64,000 nucleotides of DNA, from NCBI GenBank assembly GCA_965655095.1, contig OZ296648.1:12834001-12898000 (forward strand). Reading direction: 5' to 3'. The notes beneath the pieces are model-generated. The model searched no databases, had not been told where the DNA came from, and saw nothing but the letters and a program-made list of their open reading frames with translations. The DNA is from Haplodiscus bocki (Eukaryota). Numbering within the stretch: the first letter of the stretch is position 1; the number at the start of each line of letters is the position of its first letter. A program made the position numbers and the translations under genes. This document shows positions 22,901 through 36,065 of the stretch, piece after piece.

Positions 22901-25900
22901 GGAGCGCCATTTCATGGCTCTTGAGCAGTTCTCCAACGCTGCCATGACTCTGTTGCGGGATGTGGTGATAGGCTTGGGTGAGCTCAGGTCCAGACGTCTG
23001 GCCGGCAGCATGATGTTGTACCCTTTGATGCCTCCGAAGATGCAGGAGGGTAGCTTTTATCGGCTCATGCCAGAAGTGTTCCACTGTAGATCATCCCTGG
23101 TGGATCACGGGTTCCTTTCCAAGTTTGAGTCTCAGAAGCTGCGTGAGCAGTATAGCCTGTTGGCAATATCTTGCAGAACCGGCGGCGAGCTGGAAACAAG
23201 CTTGAAGTTGTGAAAAATTTGGTGTGACTGTGGTTAGGCATCGACAAGTGGAACAAGTTCCCCAAAGAGGAACAAGTTTCCCAAAGAGAGGCCTACGGTG
23301 TAAATGCTTTAGTTGACTGTGGGCAAGAGCAGCTTTACACACGCTTTCAGTGACCTGATAGCTAAGGTGTCGGACCTGAACGATAACACAGCCGTTTCAC
23401 AGTGCTTGTGCGACTCGTTTTCTGTTGAGAGTTGGTCATGTTGTGCGGGAACGTCTTTTGTTGTGGTGAGGGTGCGTCAGGAATCACTGTCTCAACACGA
23501 GGGTGGTTGATTCCGAGTCCAGTACCGACGTGGTTGCGGTCGTGTGTGGAAAACTCTGGGTCACTCCAGGAAAACTATGTTAGCGAGTGGTTAGGTCAAG
23601 CGTCTCCTGTGCGAGCGTCTGTGCTGGACACCTAACTTTTGGCGCTGCTGGTGAGTCTTAGTCTGAAGAAGAATAAAAAGCGAGCAAACACGCAAACGTG
23701 AAAGAGGTCGGAGTTACTCCCTCGAAAACAAAAAAAACACGTCAGAAGGCACAGTTCTGTCTCAATTGTTGGTGGTGGGGCTGTCAAGTGATGTTTAGAT
23801 TGGGTTCCATTGAGGATTAAGGCAGACTTAGACGTTGACATGCTTACTGTAGATAAAAATACTCACACATCACTGAAGCTTAAGTGACTTGATTGGACGT
23901 AGACAGCTGTTGGTGTTCTTTTGTAAATAACATTTTAATTTCCGATATTTAGCAGGAGTTGCTTGTAATAAGACAGAAGTGAATCAAGACATGAGGTTAA
24001 AAAAAAGAAAAAGCCGGAAAATTTTTTAAAAACCGGGAAAAAGTAGTTGACTAAAATGATAAAAATGACAACGGGAGAAGGAACATGAGTGAAGAAGTTG
24101 GCTCACAAGTTGGGTAATCTGAACTTTTTCACCATTTCTTTTTTGTTTTCACTTGAGATTAAGTCAATTTGTAAGCAAATTTAGGAGTATTTCAATGGAA
24201 ATGGGATTATTTACGAGACAGAGGGGAGCTTCAGGTTAGGAACAACAGCAGGTGAAAAGAAAGATGACATTTGAAAATGAAGGTGAGTCGTGACATGCAG
24301 CATCGGAGGTTACAGGGGGGAAAGAAGTTAGTTCCTACAGGAATGTAAGGTGAATCGTAGTAGACCTCAGTTTAAACTTTGCATATGGTTCATCTAGTAA
24401 AATTATTGCTTTTTGAGGACACATGTGTTAGTTACATATGACATAGTTCTTGTTGGAATCATGCACAGTTATGAAAAATTTGTGAACATAGTATAAAGGT
24501 GAGACGCTGACAATGATGATGTAGCGTCGATTTTGACAGCTGAGTCTGTGAAATATCAGTGGGTGAGCTTTGGGACCAAACGTTTTGAGGGAGGCGTTCA
24601 AAAATATATCGTTTAAAAAACGTTTTTGTGTGTTATGCTCGCAGAAACTGAATTTTGAGTAAAGTGAGGTAATACGAGAGTGCTAATTACGTTATGCTAG
24701 TTAAGTGGTGTGTTTGTACAAGGTACCGGAAGAAGCGATTGAGCTGTGTGGTATCGGAGCTGAAGGGTAGTGTTCAACGTGCGTACATTGTCGTAGAGTC
24801 AAAAAAATTAATTTTGCAGTGTTAGAACTGTCGATAATTGTAACTATTTTAGGCCTACGCAGGGACCTATTATATAGGATGTCCTGCTTTGGAGTCTTTA
24901 AAAAAATATGTTGTTGAAGTGATCATCCAATCACTGTGGCTGAATTGACGGTCGGTATACTGAGAGGCCCACTGTATGAATTCGAGCTAAGGAGAAAGTA
25001 TTGTGCGATAGCTGATTTTCTGCTCAACTGCAGCAACAAGTAGTGCTGACAGGTATTTGAAGCTGGGTTTTCTTGCAGTTTCCAGCTAGTTTTGCGACTT
25101 TGAGGAGAAGGTGCCGCATCGAGAGTGTTATCAGTGACAGTGACCTAAAGTCTGTTGTGCGGGATAGCCGCATCAGTTGTTGAGATGGTGTNNNNNNNNN
25201 NNNNNNNNNNNNNNNNNNNNNNNNNNNNNNNNNNNNNNNNNNNNNNNNNNNNNNNNNNNNNNNNNNNNNNNNNNNNNNNNNNNNNNNNNNNNNNNNNNNN
25301 NNNNNNNNNNNNNNNNNNNNNNNNNNNNNNNNNNNNNNNNNNNNNNNNNNNNNNNNNNNNNNNNNNNNNNNNNNNNNNNNNNNNNNNNNNNNNNNNNNNN
25401 NNNNNNNNNNNNNNNNNNNNNNNNNNNNNNNNNNNNNNNNNNNNNNNNNNNNNNNNNNNNNNNNNNNNNNNNNNNNNNNNNNNNNNNNNNNNNNNNNNNN
25501 NNNNNNNNNNNNNNNNNNNNNAGTGGGTGTTTCCTGTTACCAAGCATCCATGTTGTGAGATGTTGAAACTGGTGCATCTTGTTTGTAAGTTGTTGGTACT
25601 TCACGTAATTGTGTGACCTCGAGTGTGATAGATTGTCTCGTGTCGGTTTTGAATATTTGGGGAGGCCGTTGTGTGACTTCAGATTGCAGTGTATCTAGCT
25701 TCGTGGCCTCCTTGTTGGAGTCATCAGTGTCCATGACCACTTGGTTACTTTCTTCGATCTCTGATGGTGAGGAGTGGTGCGTTTCATCTGGAGGATAATA
25801 TGGGCGATATATTGTTGGGGGTATGTAGGCGTCAATAATCTCGTGATACTCGGTGACATGTGGATCAGGGTTGTGTGTCATGTGCCGTTATGTCAGCGCT

Positions 25901-27959
25901 TTTGTTTTCGGGTTAAAACTTCCTCAGACCCATGCGGTGGGCGCTTTATGACTTGTGAGTGCTGACTCTGCGAATGATGTAGTTGGAGCTAACAGTAATT
26001 TGATGAACTTGTACGGATCAACCCACTGAAAGGAGTGAAACTTTACCTTATTTGAGTAAGTGGTGTCGTCAAGTTTCAAACAAAATTGCAAAGTCGTCTA
26101 CTTTGAGCGGTGCGACTTTGGCTTTTGGGACGTAGTACCGTTTACACTTGTTAAAGGCTTCAAAGATCTTATCTAGTAAGTTTTTTTACTGATTTGTCAA
26201 TCAGTGTCTCGATGTCATTCTATGCGCAAGGCGCTTGGATCAGATTTGTGAACATCGAAAGACAGGCATTGAAAGATACTAGGTCGTAGATGTTTCCAGT
26301 GGTATAACATTTAATAGCTTGGTGGTACATGCTGTTAGGAACCATGAGGGCCATATACACGAACAAGTTCTAATGACGTGAATCGCATTCGACGTTGACC
26401 TTGGGATGTGTTCGATTTTCTGACGTGATCGCTCAATCATGCTTATGATATGAGCCAGATTGATGCTAGAATGTTCGACGTGGTTACTTGAATTTCGCAA
26501 GAGAGCCGTTATGAATTGTGAGGTAAAGAAAAGTCCTTTGTCCGTGAGTGTGTGTTGGGCCGCAAAAGCGTGTTGTGTGAAAATCTGCATTAAAGCTTCC
26601 ACCAGGGATGAAGAACCAAGTTTTCTCCGCCGTTGGAGTGAAACGGCGGACGCATAGCGCCAAAACCCGTCAGTGGCATTCAATACGTGTGTAAAACCGT
26701 TGGAGTTAGTTCTCAGACTAACTCGATTTCTTACATAACGGCCGGTCCGTCGCAGTGGTCGTAGATATCTTGTAACGGTGGTTCCGTTTATTTTGGCGTT
26801 ATGTTTGGCTTCAATAGAGTATCTGCAGCAGGCTGAACCGTTGAATTGGTCTTGCTAGGTTAGGTTAGTACTGGTGTCAAAAGGCGTGCAACAATTTGGA
26901 ATAACCAAGGTGTCCCTGCATAGGGTATCGATGTAATGCTTGATAATGCTCCTTGATACTCTTCCTGGTAACTCGACCTGTTTGTGTGTTCCGTTGCACA
27001 AGTATTTGTAAAACTTACGTTATAGTGAGTCTTTAACAAACCCATGGCGTTTCTTATGTTTACTAAGTTTCTGGAGTTGCTGAGGAAAAAGTTTTTTTTG
27101 GTGTCAGAGGGAGTCCGCCACTTCAAAACGCCAATCATTTGCTGAGTATCAAGGTTGTTACGTTGTAAGAGTGCTAAGGATTGTCGTTTTGTGGTTTTAC
27201 CCGGCTCATTAACCGGTACCGTAATGAGTTGCGAGGATGGAACCTGATGAAGTGTCGATGCTCATTACGCATGGAACTTCGTGTCAACGACACTTTTAGC
27301 GGTTGTTCGCGTTGAACAAGTTGCTCGTCTGTCTCACCTTGATTGCAGGAGAGTATTTGCATCACTGCGTTAATGTGTTTTGCTTGGGGTGTAGACTCGT
27401 TTAGTTGCGGCTCATGCTCATATTCGGTCACGTCATTGTGTTGTTTGGGCGTTTTGGCGACTAGGCCATTGTCGATGCGGCAGAGTGGTTTGGTTTCCGT
27501 GAGTTTGCGTTAGATCTTATGCTGATATTCTATTGCTATCAAAAAAGTTGGCAGCCAGCTTTCCCGTACCTGGTTTATTTGCAAAATTGCTAAAAGATTA
27601 GGAATTGGAAAGACTGGTCACAGTTTTTCCATAAGTTCGGTGGAAGCTGTTTCGGTGCCAAGTGCAAGAATATAAAATCTTTAGCGTACACAATGACTGA
27701 AATTCAAGTTGTTCTGAATCTATGGGACCCAAGGGCAATGGTATTTTGTCAAAAGGGCATAGCCGGCCGCATGTTTACTGGCATAGATCTATATGACCAG
27801 CAGTGTCTTCAGGAGAGGCAGTCTTGAGGACATCTTGGTTGCCTTTGCCAAGTTTCTGTTGATCTCAGACATAGCGTCGCGCATGGCGCTGGTGAGTTCA
27901 AAGTTAGTGTCTACTTGTAGAAGCATGTTTAATGAAAACAGTTTCTGGGCCAAATTGGG
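20000..27959 (-). mobile_element. 3' portion of decayed Ty3/Gypsy element G2 (RT thumb, RNase H, integrase, long 3' extension)
   Basis: Minus strand from 27959 reads PNLAQKL...YASKHAAGYAL (RT connection/RNase H), then integrase fragments (LTDKG...FTSQF, SMIERS; 26279-26683). The end of pol near 24990 resembles that of G1. Left boundary approximate. Confidence 0.85.
25192..25521. other. Assembly gap (330 N)
   Basis: Run of N. Confidence 1.
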
Positions 27960-28370
27960 AGTAGAAGAGTGAGAATCTTAGGTAGCGGAGACGTGTGGAG
28001 GTCCCTATGTGTTAAGATAAAATGTAGCAAACTGACTTGACCCCAGAGCCCAGACGGGAACTCCACCGTACACGAGGTCTCTCGGGTGCCTTTGGTTGAC
28101 TTAATCTTTGACTTCGATTGGATAACGAAGAAAATTAATCACCTTTGGCTAAAAACCGAGAATGTTCGTCTTTGTTTTAAGAAAAAGAGATGGCCTATTG
28201 ACTCATTTTCGGCGCTCTGAAACGCCTTCCAAAAAACCTTTTACACTTGTTTCCAGGGTCCATACTGGATTAAAGCTTCCGTCAGCTGTTACTTTTTCCA
28301 CCTGTGGTTAAAAAATACGCTTGCGGTTAAATATAACGCCGGCGGATACTGTTTCGACCTGATGCTTTGT
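27960..28370. repeat. Left terminal inverted repeat of Polinton B
   Basis: Reverse complement aligns with 45555-46049, e.g. AGGTCGAAACAGTATC...CCACAGGTGGAAAAA vs AGGTCAAAACAGTATC...CCACAGGCGGAAAAA, with CCTGGAAACAAG shared. Confidence 0.85.
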
Positions 28371-28459
28371 AATAAAGTTGTTTTAAATATTAAAACAATA
28401 TAATTTGAAAGTGAAAACGAGGAGAAAAATAACAATAGGTAATCGAATAGTCGGTATAG

Positions 28460-31400
28460 TTACTTATTGATAGGTTAATTGTGAATTCCATCACTGCCTA
28501 TCAGTCTTTTTGGTTGAAAGCAGGAGAGTTTTTTCAAATTTTGCCATTATTTAGCAACAGCTTTATTGTTTGTGCGGAAACCTCTGTTCGTTGACGTAAT
28601 AATCTCTTCGTCGTTCAAGACGTTAGGATAGTTTTCGAATTGCCTTCACCACTCTGTTCTACCACACGTTTGTTGGCTCCTTCGCTATTGACTTTAAACC
28701 TGTTTTGAGGTAAAATCATAGCAGCATTACGTTTTGCAACATACACATGACATATCTTTGCATGTGAACTTTTGTTTGAGGAGCCCAGACTCTCGCTTGT
28801 TGAGCTTCTCGTGTTCAAGTTTTGACATAACGCATTCGAGAGAAAAAATTGGTAACTGAGTCAACATTCAAACCATCGTCGTAATTTTTTTATTGCAGAC
28901 GATCACACTGCTTTCACTTCTGGTCGGATACAATCTTCCAAATCCTTCTCCTCAAAAGCAAGATACAGCGAATCTGTATCTTTCCGATTTGTTTACATCA
29001 CAGTATTTGGGGGAAAAGTTATACAACAGTTCCAAAATTTGTAGTTTTGCACATTAAAGAATAAAGAACCACACAATGATCGGTTCTTCTTGTAGAATCT
29101 GTGCTTTGACGAGTTCAATGAATTGTTCTAATGATCCAGCTTTTTGGATAATTGACTGTTAAAAACTGCACATGTCTTTTTGTCCGGGATACTTTGTCAC
29201 AGTGTGGTGAGCCAGGTGTGGTCCGAATTCCAGTAGCCATCAGAGTTATTGGTGAAGAACTTCATCGTCTCTGCGACAACTCTTGAGTTAGGATTCCTAT
29301 CACTCTTTCTGCATGCGTCTACTGCTGACTGTACAGAGCTGTTGAAACAATTCTTTGGAGCCCACTCAACGAAGATGTTTTTCTTTAAAAATGAGCCCCA
29401 GTTGCAAATAAAAAAACAGCAGAGGAGTAAGGAGAGCTCCTTTTTACATTGTGAATCTTGATGTCAAGATTTTTCGAGGTTGATACTATAGACCTTCTTC
29501 TTCGGCATATTTTTCCATGAAGTCTGCGTAATCACTCTTGCCAACTAAAGTGTTTTTGAAGAGTGGACGGAAATTAGCGAGAAAAGTTGTCAAAGTTTCA
29601 ATAACTTGAACGTTGCATTGGACGTAGACAGAAAGTTTCTCTTCCTTACTTCTTCTGACTTGATATTTTGTAAGCGAACGTCTAAAAAAGAAACATTCTC
29701 GAACTTGTATTTTAACGTTAATGGTTGCTTTGTACTGTCTCAATCAGTCATCCACCCACGTTTCAATGACAGTGAAGCTTTTTTTGTAGGTAACTACTTC
29801 TTAACCATCGAGATCTCTCTTTTTACTGCCACGTTGACTGGACTTTGTGGCGAAAGAGGGACGTACTTCTTAGCAAGGGCAAATTTGAATGAAGCAACCT
29901 ATGGCTTCAAACCGAGTGTTGCAAGGAGAATAAAATCTAAAAACACTGAAACAGTCATTTCTCTTCAGTCTGCTTGTAGGAGAAACAAGCTTTTCAATTT
30001 AAATTGTGGTCTTTTTCTTTGAAAAAAAAAGACATTGCCATCTTTTCAAAGTTTTTGGTCTTCCTGCGTTGAGGCGTGAATTAATTTATCTGATTTAGGA
30101 TTCCAACGCGTGCAATGACCATTTGGCATGGGTTGACACTTCTAGGAGGGTTATTCTTGGCTAGCACCAATCCCAGCAAGAGATTTGCATTTCTGTATAA
30201 TTTGTCATCTCAATGTAGTTTCATCAACTACTGCTTCAACTGTACAGCACTTATTTTTTGCTTTGTCCCCAAATTTAAAACAACATTTCTTTTTGTTACG
30301 CCAGCGCATCAAGTCTTTGGCAGAACTCATTTGACCCTGTTTCCACTTTGCTTGAAAGAATTGAGAGTTCTCTTTCCCACTAGATTGTGGCTTTGATGGT
30401 TTCAAATGGAAAACATCTTTTTTTTGTGGTCATTCCACTGTGCTACTGGTTAACATAGTCACTGTATTTTGCCTCGACAAGATTACAGTCACTAATATTA
30501 CTGTGAAAAGCGTGACATGGGTCGTAGTTGGTGTTCTGCATTTTGGTTATATGATCGAATCATTCGTGCGGGAAGAAATGTTTGATCTCTGGAGTTTTGC
30601 ATGCTTTTAAGAAGTAACTAAGATTTGTTGTTCCACCAAAAAAAATTTATGCCTGAAAGCTGAACATCACCGACTTTGAACGAGAGGATTTGGTTTGCTT
30701 GTTCAATAACAGTGTAATCGAAATTTCGTTCATTAACAAAAATGTGTAGCAAGTAGGATTTGATTAGATTGATGTCCTTTTTTGCCTCATTGAAGCCAAA
30801 CACTGGCAAAACATTGCAACAACGTTCGACTACTCATGGATGTCCTTTGATTGATTCTTTTGTGGTTTTAAGACCTGAGTTGTGGCACAATTTTTGCTCT
30901 CACAACCGTCTTAACTCATGTCAAATCATCCTACTTGCTCCTGTCGACTATTGCATTGAATGAAATTCTTCAGAAAGTTGCCCAAATTCGTCTCTGTAGT
31001 TGTCTCAAATTCAGGAAATACAAGTTTCATTTGTGCTTTGGTTTGAGAAACTACACTTTACAGAGATGCAGAAACTTGCAACATGTTAGTGAAGACCAGA
31101 ATTGCAATGAAGTTTCGGTACAGTAAAATTTTTTGAAGAAAAGGATACAGATATTGGAACAAGTTCCCCTATCGACGTTGTTGTCTTTGTACCTCCGAAG
31201 TTCTTTCGTGGACACCAATCGATTCCAAGTCAAATATTGCACTGTTTTCAATGAATTTTTTGTTTTTCGTGAACTTCTTTCCAAAAGACACCAGTTTGTC
31301 AACGAGAGTTTCTCGCGTTTGATGAACAATCATTGTATAGACACCTCTAATTCGTTCTTTGCATAAAGTTAAACTTCATTCTCAATTGAAAGTTCCGCTG

Positions 31401-32610
31401 AAAGAAGTGTGACAGTTACGACAACGGCAATATTGAAAGACTACGTTAATGATGTTCAGATAAGTAAATGCTTCTTAAAACTGAGTAGGGGGCTGGTACT
31501 ATCCTTTTTCCGCACACTTAGTCCAGCAACTCCTCGCAAAAAAATTCCATCCAAATTGTCACTAACTTTTAGTAAAATATTGAATGTTAGCAGATCGTAA
31601 ACAACTGGATTATTGTTCCTGTGAACTCCTTGGAACTGATTGGGGCTGACTCCGTCCGTTCTCATTAGGAAAAAGTGAAAATTTTCGAATCCTGTACCTC
31701 CGACTTTTGACCTCCATGCAATTCCACAAAGCAAGTGCACAAAAAAGGCACAAGTTCCAGTTCCTCGTTACATGGTTGTCTCGTGTTCTCTTCGAAATTG
31801 AGACCGTTGTTTGCGCAGTTTCTCAACAGAAGTTTCTGTAAATCAGCGTCGTTGCATCCCCTTGGTACGTTTTGGGTGAAGCAGCAAAGACTGTTGAGTT
31901 TGTCAGTTTGTAGAACCTCCTTTTTCTCATCATCCTTTCTCCACTAGGTGACTCAATGACGCCAGTTTTGTTGACAGGATCCTTTAGCATTGCCAGGTCG
32001 TCTTTGCTGCACACAGGTTTGGATCGATCCAGTACGGTATTGTTTCTTGGTCGTACAAAAGTCTCCATCTTCCAACTTCTATATCTTTCAAAATGAACTC
32101 AAATGCTAGATTCAGTTTTGCTGCACAATTTAGGTTGTTTGAAACTTGATCCAATTTCTCGTCAGTTATTGTTGCGTTCAGGTTTTCTCTCGTTTAATTC
32201 AATACTTTGTGTCTCGTCCTTTTAGGAACAGAATTCATGAGAGACATGAACGCAACTCCTTTCTAAGATTCGCATCATCAACCTCGTTGATGATATGGTC
32301 AAGATCAATGTTTGCTGTCTTAATGGGAAAGCCATCTTGAGTGTTTCTCTGTTGTCTTAAAGCGTAAAAACCTGGGAACTAATCGTAACACTGTTTACAT
32401 TTGAAGGTAACGTAAGGCTTTGGAGGCTTGTGTTTCTTCGCTGAATGGTAAGTTTGGTCATCACGGGGGCTGGTTGAGAAAGTGGAACATCTAGCGCTGT
32501 TCAATGCACCAACGAAACATCTGTATTTTTGTCGAGCCTAACTGTTTCTTGAAGTTTGTGCTCTACAATTTTCGCAGCTAATTTCTTCTTTTCTGGATGG
32601 GGAAGCCCCG
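28460..32610 (-). pseudogene. Polinton pPolB with N-terminal C2H2-like zinc fingers
   Basis: CENC/CKQC fingers near 32570-32390; PVFGFNEAKKDINLIKSYLL exonuclease segment (30618-30809); EEPIIV.FFIL..AKLQILELLY (~29080); MLCQN...CSKT...GDGIH-type C-terminus. Confidence 0.88.
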
Positions 32611-35600
32611 TTTTGTTAATAAAGGATTAACAAAACAGCCGGATAGAAGCGCAAAGTTTCTAGCAACTTAACTGTTGCAATGCAAAAAAAAATTGACAAA
32701 AAAGACTTAGCAATCGACTTTCATTGCTCTATGCCATTTTGAGAAGACATTAGAATGAATGAGAGAAAAATACGACCGTAAAAGGGATTTTTCAATGGCA
32801 CAACATTAAGATGAGCAGTCAAGCACCTTCCCTCATCTTGAAAATGAACGGTAGGTATACTTGAAAAACTAAAATTTTGAAAAAAACTGCTTGTCCGTGA
32901 AAACGTTTCAAGTGGACCAAGTTCTCTAAATTGGTCAGAAATTATATCACAGATCTTGAGATAACACTGAAATGGATTAACTTCCCCAAAGAACGCCTTC
33001 GAGGAAATCAACTAAAGGGAGCAAACTACCCGGTTAATGTGGAAGTTTGTCAGGAGAAACTACTCAAGTGGAACAAGTCTGCTTAACACGGAGACACCTG
33101 GCCTGAGAAAGCACTTTCTTTCCTCATCTTCATTTTCATCTCCACTGTCAATCAGAAAGATAACCCTTGACAGAACAAAAATTGATCCATGCATAGTGAC
33201 TCTGGTTGGAGGTCAAAAATAATGGAATAAGGAAAAGCAAAACAATACTCATCAGCAAAGTATTCTCGTGATCCGAAGCCTTTAACCAAGGAGCCACAAT
33301 TTCAAAATAAAATAATGAAAAAAACTCTAAAAATCAGATTGCTTCGAGTAAGGGCTTTACCAGTATTGCCATTGCTGAAAGTCGCAAACATTAGGCAATC
33401 TATATTCTTTATACTGCTGCTACACCACCGATAAAACCAATTTGCCAAATTCACTAACTGAAAACAGTTGGTTTATGTCAAAAAACCCAGTTTGTGCAAA
33501 CAAATTCTATGCATTTTAGGAGGAAAAACAGGAGGAAAATTCAGAGGAAACAGATGTTGTTTGTTATTCTTATCACAAAAATGTGACTTTCCCGAGTTCC
33601 TGTGTCGAAACATACGGGTTAACAAAGGCTCAAAGGAGAAATTCTGTTGTAGAAGGTCCAATAAAAGAATTTCTAGTTTTGCCACTTGCAAACACAGCAG
33701 AGTTAAAACCGTCACAAAGAACCGAACATTTTTAAAACAGATCTGTTTTTTGGTAATTCGTTTGCGCGAATTTCTCAAAACCTTCGACCAAGCTATAAAG
33801 TTTTTGCAGATTTCATTACCGATACCCAAAACTGAGATTGGATCTACACAGTCAGAAGTCAAGCTCTTCGTTCTTTGCTATTAAGATACCTTTGAACATC
33901 CAACTGGATCAATTTCTGTATCGCTCCTATTCGAAAACAACAAATTTCGCATCTTTTCCAACCAAACGTTTGAAATCCATGGTAAGCAATTCTTACTTAC
34001 AAAACCTGTCAACCTCAACAATCGTGAAGTTTACCAACTAAACAAAAACCCTCATCACGTTCCGAACAAGTGTGAATTAATTGAGGGCATTTAGGATTTG
34101 TAACACATTCACCCCCGATTGTCAGCATGACAATAGCAATATCAAGTTTATTGGAAACGTGCACTGTCCGAATAAAATTTGCCCCGAGAGACATTGAGTG
34201 CTTAATAAAACGTTTCAATCGCCTAAAAGAAGTTGTCATCAAAAACCTCAAGGCGAGTCCAGATGTCAGGTCCGACTTATATCTTTGAGAAAACAAACAC
34301 ATTTTTTAGTCTTATTGTGTAACCAAATGGTTTACACTTTGAAACAGACGCTAAATTCACTTCAAGTTGTTATTGGAAGTGTCTATTGTCCATACACTGG
34401 GAAAAAAGTGTGTTTAGGTTTCATCCGGTGAAGCATCCAGTTTCTAGGACTGCAAAAAATGCAAAGCCATTTCTCACATACTTAATGTTCCGTTTGAGGC
34501 ACCGACAACGACATTGTTTCAATTTAGTTGAGATTTTGCGCACTTTTTCACCAAAAAGACGAGTGGTGACTACGAAACAGAAGAACCCTGTCTAATGCGT
34601 TAAATGTATCTCCGCCAACCAAAGCCAGTCATACTTCATCTTGAATCAAAAAACGCTAAATCATTCCATATATAGCATATTCCTGTCGACTTCCCAACTG
34701 CTCATACAATTAGCCATATTTAATTCCTGTCTCATTTCATAAAATATCAGTGTACAATGAAACAGCATGATTTTGTTAGTCTCCATCAACAGTTCTCGGT
34801 GGTTTTTGACTTTAGTCCAGATTCAATTTTTCTGGCTGTAGAAGATCACGTCTTCAAATTGACAAAACGTTCCATAGCAATTCCCCGGCCGGACTGGAAA
34901 GCGTTATTGTCCCGAGGACAACAACTTTTAGATAACCATTTGGCTCGAATCCCAATCACAATGAACCAGGTAGGAACACATAAAAAGAGGGGTGAATGAC
35001 TCTCAAGTGTAGGGTATCAAAACATGGACAGACGTGGGTATGAGATGACCAACATAGAGGCCATTGAGTTTGACTGGGATGATCCTGATCAATTAATGGA
35101 TGCAGTTCTCCGACGAGGCAGGGACACTTCCTTTGCACCACTTTGAAATGGCTTCAAATCCTGGAAACCCGGTTTTTCTGACAAAGAGCAAAACAAGGAG
35201 AAAGCTGCTCTTTCTGCAACAGTTCCAGTCTCTGAGAGACCAACTCGACGCCCTCGGTTGCTGAGAAATTGCCCCTCGGAAGAATAATTGTGATTGTTCC
35301 CGATTAGGTTTATTGAAGTCTGTTAGAATATTTTTGAATATTTTTACTCTGTATGTATTTTGCTGAAACAATGAAATTCTTGTTTTGTTATGACATAAAT
35401 GTTTCAAAAACTAGTCAGACATGTGCGAGACAAAGGAATTCTCTTTTCGCTATCATTATATTTTTCAGTAGCAGGTAGTTTCTGCATACCTCAAGTTCAA
35501 TCGGAGTAAGAAATGGGCTACCACAGTGGGATCAAAAGTCAACTTCTTTGTGAAAATGACAAGTAATTTTGTTTCAACAGCGAATGATATTAAATAGTTT

Positions 35601-35714
35601 AGAGAGATTTTGTAGATTGTAAATGTTTTTGGTGGTACAGATGAAAACGTTGCCAAAAGTACATGTGGTGGAAAATAGGTTTGATTTTAACATGAGAAGA
35701 GACGAAAAACGTTT

Positions 35715-36065
35715 AATTCAAAATCCGACACAATGTAGAAAACTTTTGATTCAAAATCGGACAAGTTGTAAATTTTTCATATCGGAATCCGACATGTTGT
35801 AAAAATTGAATTCCGAAAAATGCTTTTGAGAAATCATGCGAACTTCGAAATATGTCGTCGACTCGGAGTTAAAAGATTCAAAACGTGATTTTTCGAGTGC
35901 AATGGTTTTTTTCCAAAATCTGAAACGTTTTGGAATTTATAAAAACTGAAAGATTGTGGATTTTTTAGTTGATAATCTGGAAGGTTGTATTTTTTTAAAA
36001 CAAAAGATGACGGGTTTGAAAAAGATTCATTCAAAATCTGAGGTGTTAAAGCTTTTATTTCAAAA
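35715..36065. repeat. Degenerate ~30-bp minisatellite (TCAAAATCCGAC..GTTGTAAA core) inside Polinton B
   Basis: Repeated CAAAATC(C/G/T)GA units in intergenic sequence. Confidence 0.7.

Noticed and set aside
23250-23287. 19-bp tandem duplication GGAACAAGTT(C/T)CCCAAAGA
   Set aside because: Ordinary slippage event in decayed sequence.
21850-23640. Retroviral env gene after the G2 integrase
   Set aside because: No signal peptide, furin site plus fusion peptide, or transmembrane anchor recognised. Retained only as unknown accessory sequence.
25145-25616. Long ORFs containing X runs
   Set aside because: Artefacts of the 330-N assembly gap.
35715-36065. CRISPR-like array
   Set aside because: Units are degenerate, lack unique spacers, have no cas genes nearby and sit in a eukaryotic context.
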